This document shows positions 7,848-16,919 of a DNA stretch of 64,000 nt, piece by piece. A program made the translations under genes and the position numbers. Positions within the stretch are counted from its first letter, which is position 1. The number at the start of each line of letters is the position of its first letter. The stretch comes from a virus (Duplodnaviria > Caudoviricetes), in IMG/VR virus record IMGVR_UViG_3300035676_000001. The stretch is one strand, 5' to 3'. Under the pieces are notes generated by a model that was not told the DNA's origin, searched no databases, and saw only the letters and a program-made list of their open reading frames with translations.

Positions 7848-8024
7848 TCATTCTACTGCAGAACCAATCTTTTCGTCAAGGTCTGCAATTACATTGCGAA
7901 TATCAGCAACACGAGGAGGAACACTCAATTCATCATAAGTGTATCCTTTTTGTGCATCAAATAGAACTTGACGAACTGCTGCTGCAGCACGAATATCGAT
8001 TTTTACAGATACAGATTTAGCCAT
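7848..8024 (-). CDS. 58-aa hypothetical protein (not in ORF track)
   Basis: MAKSVSVKIDIRAAAAVRQVLFDAQKGYTYDELSVPPRVADIRNVIADLDEKIGSAVE; TGATG coupling to mazG. Confidence 0.75.
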   Translation of the reverse strand: MAKSVSVKIDIRAAAAVRQVLFDAQKGYTYDELSVPPRVADIRNVIADLDEKIGSAVE

Positions 8025-8434
8025 CAGATGTCTCCTTCTTCACGATTTTCACTATAATAAACATCAAAGAAACCGTCAGGATAACGCTTCATCAGTTTAT
8101 CAATATTAGTCTGAACAACCTCATCAAAGGAAACTTCCAGAGCAATACAAGCTTGTGCAATATACCACAGAGTATCACCAAGTTCTTTAATCAGGTGAGT
8201 GCGGGTTTCTTCATTCCAGGACTTACCCTGAAAAACCATCTTCTTCACAATCTCCATAAACTCACCACCTTCGGCATTGATACCAACGGCAGCAGTCAGA
8301 AGACGCTCAATATTAGCACCCTTCTCATCCAACTGAACCATACGGTCAGAGAGAGCGAGAAAATCTTTGGATGCGTCAGAAGTGACGGCATCTACAAAGT
8401 TTTGGTATTTATCAAAATCAACTCGTTGCGTCAT
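8024..8434 (-). CDS. mazG: MazG-like nucleoside triphosphate pyrophosphohydrolase
   Basis: EGGEFMEIVKK...ELGD.LWY motif. Confidence 0.9.
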   Translation of the reverse strand: MTQRVDFDKYQNFVDAVTSDASKDFLALSDRMVQLDEKGANIERLLTAAVGINAEGGEFMEIVKKMVFQGKSWNEETRTHLIKELGDTLWYIAQACIALEVSFDEVVQTNIDKLMKRYPDGFFDVYYSENREEGDI

Positions 8435-9810
8435 GAAAATTTAAATCCTTCAAATGATTTTTTTGGTTTCTTTTCTTCGTAATTATACTCCTCTTCTTGT
8501 CCAGAGTCAAGTATGTCTTGTTGTGCTGACTGCTCACAGTCATACAATCTCATCTTAGCACGGTCAATACCAATAACAAAACGCTTGAAGATTGTTGGGT
8601 CATTGTATCGATTCTTCAATTGTTTGACTAGAATTTGTCCCAACCCCTCCAACTCTTCTGTACTAATAAGGGCAAACATAAGGTCAGCAGTAGCAGGGAG
8701 ACCAAAGGACTCACTAGTATCAGTAAGTTCAACATCAGAGTTCCCATAACCACTGCGGGTAGTCTGGGTAGCAGAGACAATGGGAACATTGAATTCCACC
8801 GCCAAACCGCGAAGTTCTTCTGCAATTGACTTGATATACGAATAAGAATTGATAGAGCTGTTTGCCTTATGCCTAGAGGAAGCACAAATATTAAGGTAGT
8901 CAATGAAAATAATATCAGGTCTGAATGATTTCTTAAGAGCAAGTTCATTGAGAAGTGCCTTGAAATGTCCTGAGTGTGCAGAAGCAGTCGGGTATTCTTT
9001 GATGACCAAAGAACCTTGTGTCTTCTTCGCAATACTATTTACTTTCGTTTCAAACATTTGGCGCGGTAAATCAACCAATTGCTGAATCGGGACATTGAGA
9101 AGGTTTGCGTCAATTCTTTCTGCAATTCGCTCTTCCGCCATCTCAAGAGTGATATAGAGTACATTCCGACCCTGTAACAAGGCGGCGCTAGCCACATGAC
9201 ACATAAACAATGATTTCCCAACACCCGTTCCAGCGAGAGCAATATTGAGAGTCTTGTTAGGTAAACCACCTTTAGTGATTTTGTTGAAATATTCCAGGTC
9301 AAACTCGATTTTATCTTCTTTACGGTGGTAAAATTCATAACGCTCCTCATAGTTCTGAAGATAATCGTGTCCGATATTGTTATCAAACGATACTGCTAGA
9401 GCATCAGAAAGAATGCTTGGAATCGCGTCACGATTTTTCTTCCCATCATTACCATCAGCAATATGAATTGACTCCATCAAAGCAAGATAAATTGCTCTAT
9501 CTCGACACCACTTTTCAGTCGTATCAAGCAACCATTGCTGTTCTACAACACCATTATGAAATCCAGAATTGAGTTCCCGAATCTCTTTGATTTCAGACTC
9601 ATTAAGGTCTGTGCGATTTTCTATCTCAATCGCAAGTGCTTCTGTTGTAATTGCTGATCCATATTTAACAATGAACTTAACAATTTCCTCAAATACGACC
9701 TTTTCGGATCTTTGCTCAAAATAATCTGGTTGTATAAAAGGTATGACTTTTCTGGAGTAATCTTCATTGAATATCAGGTTTCTTAAAATTGTAAGTTCAA
9801 GTCGTTCCAT
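8431..9810 (-). CDS. gp41: Replicative DNA helicase
   Basis: Walker A AGTGVGKS, IFIDYLNIC, ESFGLPATAD motifs. Confidence 0.96.
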   Translation of the reverse strand: MERLELTILRNLIFNEDYSRKVIPFIQPDYFEQRSEKVVFEEIVKFIVKYGSAITTEALAIEIENRTDLNESEIKEIRELNSGFHNGVVEQQWLLDTTEKWCRDRAIYLALMESIHIADGNDGKKNRDAIPSILSDALAVSFDNNIGHDYLQNYEERYEFYHRKEDKIEFDLEYFNKITKGGLPNKTLNIALAGTGVGKSLFMCHVASAALLQGRNVLYITLEMAEERIAERIDANLLNVPIQQLVDLPRQMFETKVNSIAKKTQGSLVIKEYPTASAHSGHFKALLNELALKKSFRPDIIFIDYLNICASSRHKANSSINSYSYIKSIAEELRGLAVEFNVPIVSATQTTRSGYGNSDVELTDTSESFGLPATADLMFALISTEELEGLGQILVKQLKNRYNDPTIFKRFVIGIDRAKMRLYDCEQSAQQDILDSGQEEEYNYEEKKPKKSFEGFKFS

Positions 9811-10388
9811 TACTTATAATGCAAATAGGCACTCATAATATACTTTGGACCACTGATAGGAGGTTCCCCCTTATGAGGAAACATCCAGAGTGGGGGAAAC
9901 ATAATTAAGGTTCCCTGTTTTGGTTGAATTTGAATGTCCTTAAAAATAGTTTGACCACCACTCTCAACATCATTCAAATACCACATAAAAGACAAATATC
10001 TACGGGCGGTCCCATAGTCTACCACATCTACATGGGTATCAAACTGATCTACACCATTTGGTTCGTATTTTTTAATACGAAATTGTTCTAGAGCGTGTTC
10101 TTCTGGAAATACACGCTTATCTACAAACTCATAATACTTATCACGATATTCAAAAATATTTTTAATAATATGATTATGAACTTGATTAACTTCTGGTGTC
10201 AACTCACGATTTTCTGTGAAATTAAACTGAGTAAAGTTAGGTTTTCCGTCATTATCGTGACGCTCTTGTTTATCAGGAACCTGGTCAAATAGACTAATTA
10301 GAAAGTTGCATATATCAGGTTCAAGAGCATTCTCGTAGATATGAATGAAATCTTGAAGTTCATCCATAAGAGAATTCGCCTTTAGCAA
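9810..10388 (-). CDS. 2OG-Fe(II) oxygenase (P4H-like)
   Basis: HVD...[11 protein letters not shown]...HKG...KY facial triad pattern. Confidence 0.9.
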   Translation of the reverse strand: MLKANSLMDELQDFIHIYENALEPDICNFLISLFDQVPDKQERHDNDGKPNFTQFNFTENRELTPEVNQVHNHIIKNIFEYRDKYYEFVDKRVFPEEHALEQFRIKKYEPNGVDQFDTHVDVVDYGTARRYLSFMWYLNDVESGGQTIFKDIQIQPKQGTLIMFPPLWMFPHKGEPPISGPKYIMSAYLHYK

Positions 10389-11367
10389 TCACATCCAGTT
10401 TCTGCATTACTTCTTCAGTAAAGTATTCTTCTGGATTTGCTAAAATCTGTTTGGCGTAGATTTTTTTACCGTCCATCTCATAGCGACCTGCTACATTCTT
10501 CCAGAGTCCACCAATCTCACCAAGTTCCAGAAGACCGTAGTAACGATCAAGACCGCGCTCATCATAATACAGACGGACTTCAACATCCTTATTCTCCTTA
10601 CTCAAACGCGATTTAGCAGTCTTAGCTTTGATAATATTGCCGACCACTTCTGTTCCATCCTTTTCTTTCTTTTTGCTGAGATATATGATTGAAGACGCTG
10701 CGTATTTGAGTCCGCTGCCTCCACCCATTTCCTTAGTTGGTACATAAGCTCCGATAACATCATAGGTATGATTAGTAACTATCATTGGAATATTTGCTTG
10801 ACCAAGTTTCAAGGTAAGCATACGGAATGCACCTTTAATCAGTTGTGATTTGGTCATGTCACGAACTTCTTTATCATTCAGAGCATCATTAATCTCTTTA
10901 CTTGTGGAAAGCATCCCCAAAGAGTCTAACACGAACATACAAGGATTGCGTTCTCCCTCTGGTTTCTTCATATACAAATCTACTGCCTTGAGTGCCTTTC
11001 CACGAAACTCTTCAACAGTAACAACATTGACAACCACAAGACGAGAAGTATCAATTCCACGAGATTCTAATAGAGATTTAGTGATAGCAGCCTCAGTGTC
11101 AAAGTAGAGACAGTAACCATTGGGATTAGTATCAAGAAAGTTCTTAACCACGGCGAGAGAGAAAAAAGTCTTTCCAGTAGAAGACTCTCCAGCAATAGCA
11201 GTAATCTTATTCCCAGATACGCCACCAAATACACTACCTGAAACCAGTGCATTAAAAATGTATGAACCCGTATCAACATAACTTTCAGTCTCATCAATTT
11301 CTGAAGCAAGTTGGGTATAATCCCCACCAATTTCTTTTACGATATCTTTAAGAAAATCCATCAGCAA
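10360..11367 (-). CDS. uvsX: RecA-like recombinase
   Basis: Walker [23 protein letters not shown] motifs. Confidence 0.95.
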   Translation of the reverse strand: MLMDFLKDIVKEIGGDYTQLASEIDETESYVDTGSYIFNALVSGSVFGGVSGNKITAIAGESSTGKTFFSLAVVKNFLDTNPNGYCLYFDTEAAITKSLLESRGIDTSRLVVVNVVTVEEFRGKALKAVDLYMKKPEGERNPCMFVLDSLGMLSTSKEINDALNDKEVRDMTKSQLIKGAFRMLTLKLGQANIPMIVTNHTYDVIGAYVPTKEMGGGSGLKYAASSIIYLSKKKEKDGTEVVGNIIKAKTAKSRLSKENKDVEVRLYYDERGLDRYYGLLELGEIGGLWKNVAGRYEMDGKKIYAKQILANPEEYFTEEVMQKLDVIAKGEFSYG

Positions 11368-11525
11368 ACCATCCCGTATTCTTCACGAAGTATTTTTTTA
11401 TAAGGCAAACCTTGTTCTCTAAGTTCTTTCACCAATTTAAGTTTATGATAAAGAGCAGCATCTCCTCCAAATCCAAGAGAACTGACAATTTTTTTTAGTT
11501 CTTCGTCGTTAATAGGCAAATCCAT
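11361..11525 (-). CDS. 54-aa hypothetical protein (not in ORF track)
   Basis: [54 protein letters not shown]; fills the gp43-uvsX gap with overlaps. Confidence 0.75.
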   Translation of the reverse strand: MDLPINDEELKKIVSSLGFGGDAALYHKLKLVKELREQGLPYKKILREEYGMVC

Positions 11526-14026
11526 TAGGCAAAAAATAGTTCAAGGTTTACAGTTTTTTCCACATTCCATCCAATTGCATCAAGAATGGACTTAAGTGGT
11601 TCAAGAAAACTCTTTTCAAATTGTAGTTCATAGTCGATGTATTTGTCAAGTCCAAGTTCCAAAGGAAAATCTTGAATGAAAGAAATGATATTTTCTTGAA
11701 TGATATTTGGTTTTTTGAGGTAGATAAATTTAACCTTTTCCCCATTACCAATAAGTGAATATTTATTGGTCAGTTTTTTCTCTTTCACATAGTGATTGAA
11801 CAATAATGCTCCACGAATATGAATGGGAGTTTTTGGTTGATAAATGTTCGATGATGAATAATACTTGCGGACATCAGAAGCAGTTCTTGGGAATGCAATC
11901 TGTTCTGGAGGAAGTTTTTTGAAATCAGAACGACACTTATCAATAAACTCAATCACCTCTTCTTCAGTTCCACTCATCATCAGTTTCAGACCATCCTTAA
12001 TCATCTGACGACAGGGAGCTGGAGTAGAAGACTTGACTGCCTCAATGCCCATCATCTTCAGTTTAGGTTCTTCATAACGAACACCTTCACTATCCCAGAC
12101 ATTGAGAATATAACGCTTCTTCGCAGTCCAGATTCCACGGTCAGCAATATTCTCCCGCTTCATCTGCATCTTCTGGTCATAAGCATTCACATAGTCCGCC
12201 AGTTCTTGGTAGCAACCTTCAATATGCTTTTCAAGTTCCACTTTAGCGACCTTATCAAGGAACGAAACAACGCTTTCAGTAGTTTTCTCTCTTCCCTTGT
12301 ATACAGTCTCAACCAAAGGACCCATATTAAGATAAATGGAATCGGTATCAGAAGCAATGACATAATCAACATCCTGTGTCTTGAGAACTTTATTCAGATA
12401 CTTATTAATCTTATCTTCAATCCAACGAATCGAAACCTGTCCTGAAAGAGTAATTGCTTCAGCATTTGCTAGTTTGAAATAACGGAAATACTGATTGCCG
12501 ATAGCACCATAAGCAGAGTTAAGTTGAATCTTCCTCGCCATTTGGATGTTATTGCACCTTGCAATCTCCTTTTCCAGTTCTTTGGTTTTCTTTTTCTCAT
12601 ACTCTTGTTTAGCAGCAAGCATCTTCTTTTTGTAGATAGTGCGGTCCTCATAAATCTTTTCCATCAGTTCTGGAAGAAATCCACGCACATCTTTGCGATA
12701 CATTGCACCATTAGCACAAACTGCATAATCCTTATACATTTCAAAATTAATTTGCTGATTAAGGATTTTATCTACAGTTACAGACGGATGCCTCTCATCC
12801 AAAAGAGTTTCTGGTGAGATATTGTATTGCATAATCAGGTGAGGATACAGCGAGTTCAAGTCAAAGTTCACCACCCAATCATAAACACCAGGAATCGGTT
12901 CCTTTACATAAGCACCAGCATACTTGGAATCCTTATCCGACCTTACATTCGGAGGAATTACAATATTCTTCTTTTTCAGATAGTTGTAGATAATCGTATC
13001 CCACATCCGAACCTGAGAGAACACATCAGCATAATTTGCTTTAGCGTCATACGCCATCGTCAACGCAAGTTCAATCAGTTTCATCTTGTCTTCCAAACGG
13101 TCAACAAGTTCTACGTCAATGATGTTGTATTCTACAAACTTTTGCCATCCCTTGGTATAGAAATCTTTGAAAGTATCGAATTCACTGTGGTCCAACTTTT
13201 GCTGCCCAAGTTCCACATTCGCAATATGGTCAAGGCGATAAGATTCTTGTGCCTTATAAGTAAACTTCTTATAAAGATTGAGATAGTCAAGTTGACTCAC
13301 ACCACCAATATCATAAGAGATATTTTTACGACCAGAAATGTAAATCTCATCCTCAGTCACTAGCCCCCAAGGAGACATACGCTTCATTAATTTTTCACCA
13401 AGAACACGGTCTATACGACGAACCAAATATGGAATATCATACAGTTCACTATTCCAACCAGTGATGACTTCTGGAGTATTCTCCTCAATCATCCACCAAT
13501 TGATAAAGTCATTTAACAAATCATATTCGTTAGTAAAAGAACGATACTTTACATTGCTTTGCTGATTATTGAATTTACCAAGACCCCAAGTACGAATCTG
13601 TTTCGTATTATAATCTTGAAGCGTAATCAGCAGCACTTCCTCAGCAGCACTTTCTACATCAGGGAATCCATTCTCTGATGCAACCTCAATATCGATAGTA
13701 GTTACTTTGATTTTACTAATATCAAACTTAACTTCATCTTCTGGATAATTTTCGGCAATGTATTGATAGATGTATCGGTCATTTCCAGAAATCTTAAATC
13801 CTTCTACACCATCATACTTCTTAATAAACTCTCTACATTCTCTTACAGTTCCTGGTTGAACTGCTTCAACATATTCACCGTTCAGGGTTTTATATTTCGT
13901 ATTCTTTTTTGAGGGGACAAAAAGAGTCGGGTAAAACTTCTCACGGGTCATGAAATGTTTTCCATTTTCATAACCACGAACCAAGAAGTGGTCCCCGACC
14001 ATCTGAACGTTAGTATAAAATCTCAT
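11525..14026 (-). CDS. gp43: Family B DNA polymerase
   Basis: Exo DIEV, DLNSLYP, KIQLNSAYG and SDTDS motifs; no intein or intron apparent. Confidence 0.97.
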   Translation of the reverse strand: MRFYTNVQMVGDHFLVRGYENGKHFMTREKFYPTLFVPSKKNTKYKTLNGEYVEAVQPGTVRECREFIKKYDGVEGFKISGNDRYIYQYIAENYPEDEVKFDISKIKVTTIDIEVASENGFPDVESAAEEVLLITLQDYNTKQIRTWGLGKFNNQQSNVKYRSFTNEYDLLNDFINWWMIEENTPEVITGWNSELYDIPYLVRRIDRVLGEKLMKRMSPWGLVTEDEIYISGRKNISYDIGGVSQLDYLNLYKKFTYKAQESYRLDHIANVELGQQKLDHSEFDTFKDFYTKGWQKFVEYNIIDVELVDRLEDKMKLIELALTMAYDAKANYADVFSQVRMWDTIIYNYLKKKNIVIPPNVRSDKDSKYAGAYVKEPIPGVYDWVVNFDLNSLYPHLIMQYNISPETLLDERHPSVTVDKILNQQINFEMYKDYAVCANGAMYRKDVRGFLPELMEKIYEDRTIYKKKMLAAKQEYEKKKTKELEKEIARCNNIQMARKIQLNSAYGAIGNQYFRYFKLANAEAITLSGQVSIRWIEDKINKYLNKVLKTQDVDYVIASDTDSIYLNMGPLVETVYKGREKTTESVVSFLDKVAKVELEKHIEGCYQELADYVNAYDQKMQMKRENIADRGIWTAKKRYILNVWDSEGVRYEEPKLKMMGIEAVKSSTPAPCRQMIKDGLKLMMSGTEEEVIEFIDKCRSDFKKLPPEQIAFPRTASDVRKYYSSSNIYQPKTPIHIRGALLFNHYVKEKKLTNKYSLIGNGEKVKFIYLKKPNIIQENIISFIQDFPLELGLDKYIDYELQFEKSFLEPLKSILDAIGWNVEKTVNLELFFA

Positions 14027-14280
14027 CAGGCAGTTAGTTCAAGATACTTCGTAACGATTTCTTCTTTTGGGTCAACGATAGTCAAAATACTATCAGAGTG
14101 AATCATCATCTCTCTTTGGTCAGTAACTTCTGGCCAAGGAGTAAGTTCACCTTCAGCATTAATCTGATAAGGATTAACAATGCGACAATCAGGTTCACCA
14201 AGTTCAGAAGGAACTTCTTCAATTTCGGTGACGATTACATTATCAACCTTCAGTAAAAGACACTTCACTGTTTTGGACAT
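14026..14280 (-). CDS. Conserved hypothetical protein
   Basis: ORF track; coupled to gp43; similar pattern to neighbour (PW...SDSILTIVDP). Confidence 0.75.
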   Translation of the reverse strand: MSKTVKCLLLKVDNVIVTEIEEVPSELGEPDCRIVNPYQINAEGELTPWPEVTDQREMMIHSDSILTIVDPKEEIVTKYLELTA

Positions 14281-14575
14281 TTACTTTCTCCTCATACATT
14301 TGTTTAATAGTATCAATTGGTTCCACAATGGTCACAATCCAATCTGGAGGGACTGGAATCTGAGTATCCTTTGCAAGAACAATCCAGGGTGATAGTGAAA
14401 CCTCTAGGTCTCCACTTGGATTTGCATTTTCTTCAACCAATAGAACAGTTCTACGAGTCTCAACTTTATGTGGGTTTGTGAGGAGATATCCACAAACTTT
14501 ATCGTCAGAAATCAGTTCTTTAGCATCAGAAATCACAGTTTCACCCGACTTCAAGAGTGCTAGTTTAATCGACAT
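14243..14575 (-). CDS. Conserved hypothetical protein
   Basis: MSIKLALLKSGETVI...PWI...DWIVTIVEP. Confidence 0.78.
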   Translation of the reverse strand: MSIKLALLKSGETVISDAKELISDDKVCGYLLTNPHKVETRRTVLLVEENANPSGDLEVSLSPWIVLAKDTQIPVPPDWIVTIVEPIDTIKQMYEEKVNVQNSEVSFTEG

Positions 14576-14596
14576 TTTACTCTATGTGCTCCTACC

Positions 14597-14625
14597 AGTA
14601 TAGCAAAAAAATGGGGGAGCGTCAA
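14597..14625 (-). promoter_or_regulatory. Sigma70-like promoter TTGACG-N17-TATACT
   Basis: Near-consensus -35/-10 with 17-bp spacer upstream of the gp43 operon. Confidence 0.8.
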
Positions 14626-14648
14626 CTGGATTTTGCCAGTTGCTCCCC
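14604..14648 (-). terminator. Rho-independent terminator overlapping the -35 box
   Basis: GGGGAGC-AACTGG/CCAGTT-GAC-GCTCCCC stem plus U7. Confidence 0.8.
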
Positions 14649-14672
14649 TGCGGCGACGATATTCAATTATAT

Positions 14673-14816
14673 TTATCTTTTACGCTTAAATGCACAAACT
14701 TTCTTTTCAGGAGCCATAGCATATTTCACAGTTTTACCATAACAATTTTCTTTTGTTGGTAAAGGAGGATTTCCAAAATCTCCTACCTTTTCCATAAACT
14801 GCTGAAAAGTTTTCAT
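14673..14816 (-). CDS. 47-aa late microprotein with capsid-targeting-like N-terminus (not in ORF track)
   Basis: MKTFQQFMEKVGDFGNPPLPTKENCYGKTVKYAMAPEKKVCAFKRKR; CTAAATA at 14837-14843. Confidence 0.7.
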   Translation of the reverse strand: MKTFQQFMEKVGDFGNPPLPTKENCYGKTVKYAMAPEKKVCAFKRKR

Positions 14817-14839
14817 CGCCCAGTTAAGTTTTCTTTTAT

Positions 14840-15274
14840 TTAGAGATAGTCCTTACGAGTATGATGCTCTGGTACTATTTTCCCAAGTACGATCCGTAAA
14901 AGTCCGTCTTCAAATGTGACTTCGCGGACTTCTGTGTCGTCGGATAAAGTCCACGCTCGTTTAAAACTTCTGCTAGCCACTCCCTTGTGGATAAACGTCC
15001 TATCCGATTCGGCATCTGCTTTTTGTCCTTCGACAAAAAGCTTTCCATATTCCGTGAAAACATTTACCTCTCCTTTCTTGAATCCTGCTAATGCGAGTTC
15101 CAAATGGGATTCGACATTATTTATTTGAATCAGGTTATAAGGAGGATAGTTCGTTGTAGTTTCGTGAAGATTAAAAAGACGATCAAAGTATTCATCCATT
15201 CCAATGCTATTGCGGGTGATTCGTTCCATCAAAGCAGGAAGATCCGCAGCAGTATACCTTGTAAGGTTAGTCAT
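14840..15274 (-). CDS. hsp20: Small heat shock protein (Hsp20/IbpA-like)
   Basis: YPPYNL, LALAGF, HKGVASRSFKRAWTL, FEDGLL motifs. Confidence 0.95.
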   Translation of the reverse strand: MTNLTRYTAADLPALMERITRNSIGMDEYFDRLFNLHETTTNYPPYNLIQINNVESHLELALAGFKKGEVNVFTEYGKLFVEGQKADAESDRTFIHKGVASRSFKRAWTLSDDTEVREVTFEDGLLRIVLGKIVPEHHTRKDYL

Positions 15275-15342
15275 TATGGTAGCTCCTTTAAAAGCGAGGT
15301 TTGATTGTGTGATCCCTATAAGGCGATCATTAATAATTTATA
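15275..15342 (-). promoter_or_regulatory. hsp20 leader: late-like promoter TATAAATT, 5' hairpin, ROSE-like SD-occluding hairpin
   Basis: CUC-G-CU-UUUAA-AG-GAG; UCGCU with bulged G pairs the Shine-Dalgarno sequence. Confidence 0.6.
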
Positions 15343-15352
15343 TTAGTTTGTA

Positions 15353-15766
15353 TTATTTTTCAAGTGTGGTTTTTACTACACTATTCTTAACAGGTCTTCC
15401 AAATGTTCCGGGAGAAAACTTCATACCTTTATTCCAAGCAGGTTTGCCCCTCATAGACATACTAGTTTTTTCTCTCGATGCTTTACTTCTTTTTGATCCA
15501 GAAGTACCTTCTCCACCATCTGTCTTATTAATCAATACACCACCACTATCTTTTTTCCCCCAAAATCTTATGAGTTCCACTTCCAAAGATAATGCTTCTT
15601 GTTCCGTTAAATTTTCTTTTATTCTTACTATTCTATCTTTATCAGGAGGTCGTTGAGCCAAACCCAACTTTCTTTTGTTTGTATCTCTAAATCCAGAACC
15701 TTTCCCAATATAATAAGGAGAATATCTATCTTCACGCAAATAAGCGTAAACGTAATACTTTTCCAT
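15353..15766 (-). CDS. GIY-YIG (Seg-like) homing endonuclease with NUMOD3 motif
   Basis: YVYAY...YYIGKG..R...E.ELI...LIN; RSKASREKTSMSMRGKPAWNKG. Confidence 0.85.
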   Translation of the reverse strand: MEKYYVYAYLREDRYSPYYIGKGSGFRDTNKRKLGLAQRPPDKDRIVRIKENLTEQEALSLEVELIRFWGKKDSGGVLINKTDGGEGTSGSKRSKASREKTSMSMRGKPAWNKGMKFSPGTFGRPVKNSVVKTTLEK

Positions 15767-15767
15767 C

Positions 15768-15853
15768 TGCTTTGTTTGTGGTTATAGTTATTTATACAAG
15801 AAAAGGGGCATTTCTGCCCCAAATCTCTTTGCTTGAATAACCACAAACAAGCA
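15768..15853 (-). promoter_or_regulatory. Long hairpin over the GIY-YIG translation start region; loop holds a terminator (about 15798-15820) and late promoter TATAAATA (15789-15796)
   Basis: Arms TGCTTGTTTGTGGTTAT / ATAACCACAAACAAAGCA (one bulge), ending 1 nt before ATG. Confidence 0.75.
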
Positions 15854-15863
15854 CTATTATTTA

Positions 15864-16406
15864 TCAACCAATAATACTATTTCTCCACTCCTCACTCATA
15901 TTCACCATAATTGCTTCTGCTGCTTCTGGAGTTTCAGCATATCCTTCATCAAGTAAGTGTGAGAGGATGATGTCGTAAATATCATAACTTTCATCAACAT
16001 CTCTTGAATTTGGAACATTTTTACCTGCTCGTCTTGCTGCCTTGTTTCCTGCTCCTCTATCTCTGGTTGGACCAGCAACAGACGCCCAATATGCCGCATT
16101 TCCAGCACGATGAGGTCCTTTTCCAACTCTTTCATCAGCAGGAGCATTCGTTCCACCACGCTTTCTTACTGGATTTTCCTTTGAACCAGTTTCACTTCTA
16201 CCGTAAAGAAGACCTAATGCTGTCTTACCTTTTTCATTATGATACTTACTGCGTGGATTTTCTCCTTTTGATTTATCACCCTTTCTAACTTCTTTATCGG
16301 CTATGGAGCGAAGTTTTGCTCTTCTTTCAGGATTTGTGATAACTTCATCAAGTTGATAAACTTCCAGATATGCTTCTTGAAGATTGCGAAGTTCTTGTGC
16401 GTCCAT
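15864..16406 (-). CDS. Hypothetical basic late protein (MDAQELRNLQEAY family)
   Basis: ORF track; TATAAATA at 16426-16433; C-terminal YDIILSHLLDEGYA...MSEEW module. Confidence 0.8.
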   Translation of the reverse strand: MDAQELRNLQEAYLEVYQLDEVITNPERRAKLRSIADKEVRKGDKSKGENPRSKYHNEKGKTALGLLYGRSETGSKENPVRKRGGTNAPADERVGKGPHRAGNAAYWASVAGPTRDRGAGNKAARRAGKNVPNSRDVDESYDIYDIILSHLLDEGYAETPEAAEAIMVNMSEEWRNSIIG

Positions 16407-16446
16407 TTTATAAATACTTTTTAAGTATTTATAATAATACTTTTAT

Positions 16447-16480
16447 AAAAAAAGACGGGTAGGAAACCCGTCCTCTTTTT
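16447..16480. terminator. Probably bidirectional terminator after regA
   Basis: GACGGGT/ACCCGTC stem flanked by A7 and CTCTTTTT. Confidence 0.75.
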
Positions 16481-16919
16481 ATTCGGCATCCTCTACCTTT
16501 TTCTTTTTAGAACCAATATTATACTTGGTTTCCAGAATCCATTCTCCTTTGTCCTTATAAGCAAGAACCTTAATTTGGTTCAGGGGAGCAATATCTTGGA
16601 TTTTTTTCAGGTCAACAATCGTGATTAGACCCCAATCTGCAAGAAGTTGGGCAATACGATTACGACGCTGAACATCATTCACGGTCAGGTTTGCGTGTTT
16701 GCCATCCAGAGCAAACAGTTCCTTAAAGTGAACGAGATAATATCTACCTTGCTTGTGTAGAATATGGCAAGACTGATAGATTTTCTTTTCCTTTCTTGAA
16801 GCAACTCCGATACGGGTCAAAGTTTCACGAACTTTCAAAAAGTCATCTGGTTCATTCAGAATGACTTCCACCATTTGATCGGGCGCCCACTTTACTTCAG
16901 GTTCTTGAACGACACTCAT
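16479..16919 (-). CDS. regA: Translational repressor RegA
   Basis: DDFLKVRETLTRIGVAS...QSCHILHKQGRYY.VHFKELF. Confidence 0.96.
   Translation of the reverse strand: MSVVQEPEVKWAPDQMVEVILNEPDDFLKVRETLTRIGVASRKEKKIYQSCHILHKQGRYYLVHFKELFALDGKHANLTVNDVQRRNRIAQLLADWGLITIVDLKKIQDIAPLNQIKVLAYKDKGEWILETKYNIGSKKKKVEDAE

Noticed and set aside
8024-10388. mazG and 2OG-Fe(II) oxygenase as novel auxiliary genes
   Set aside because: Routine components of T4-like cyanophage genomes
15628-15867. 79-aa minus-strand ORF spanning the GIY-YIG leader
   Set aside because: It crosses a terminator and promoter and overlaps the endonuclease out of frame
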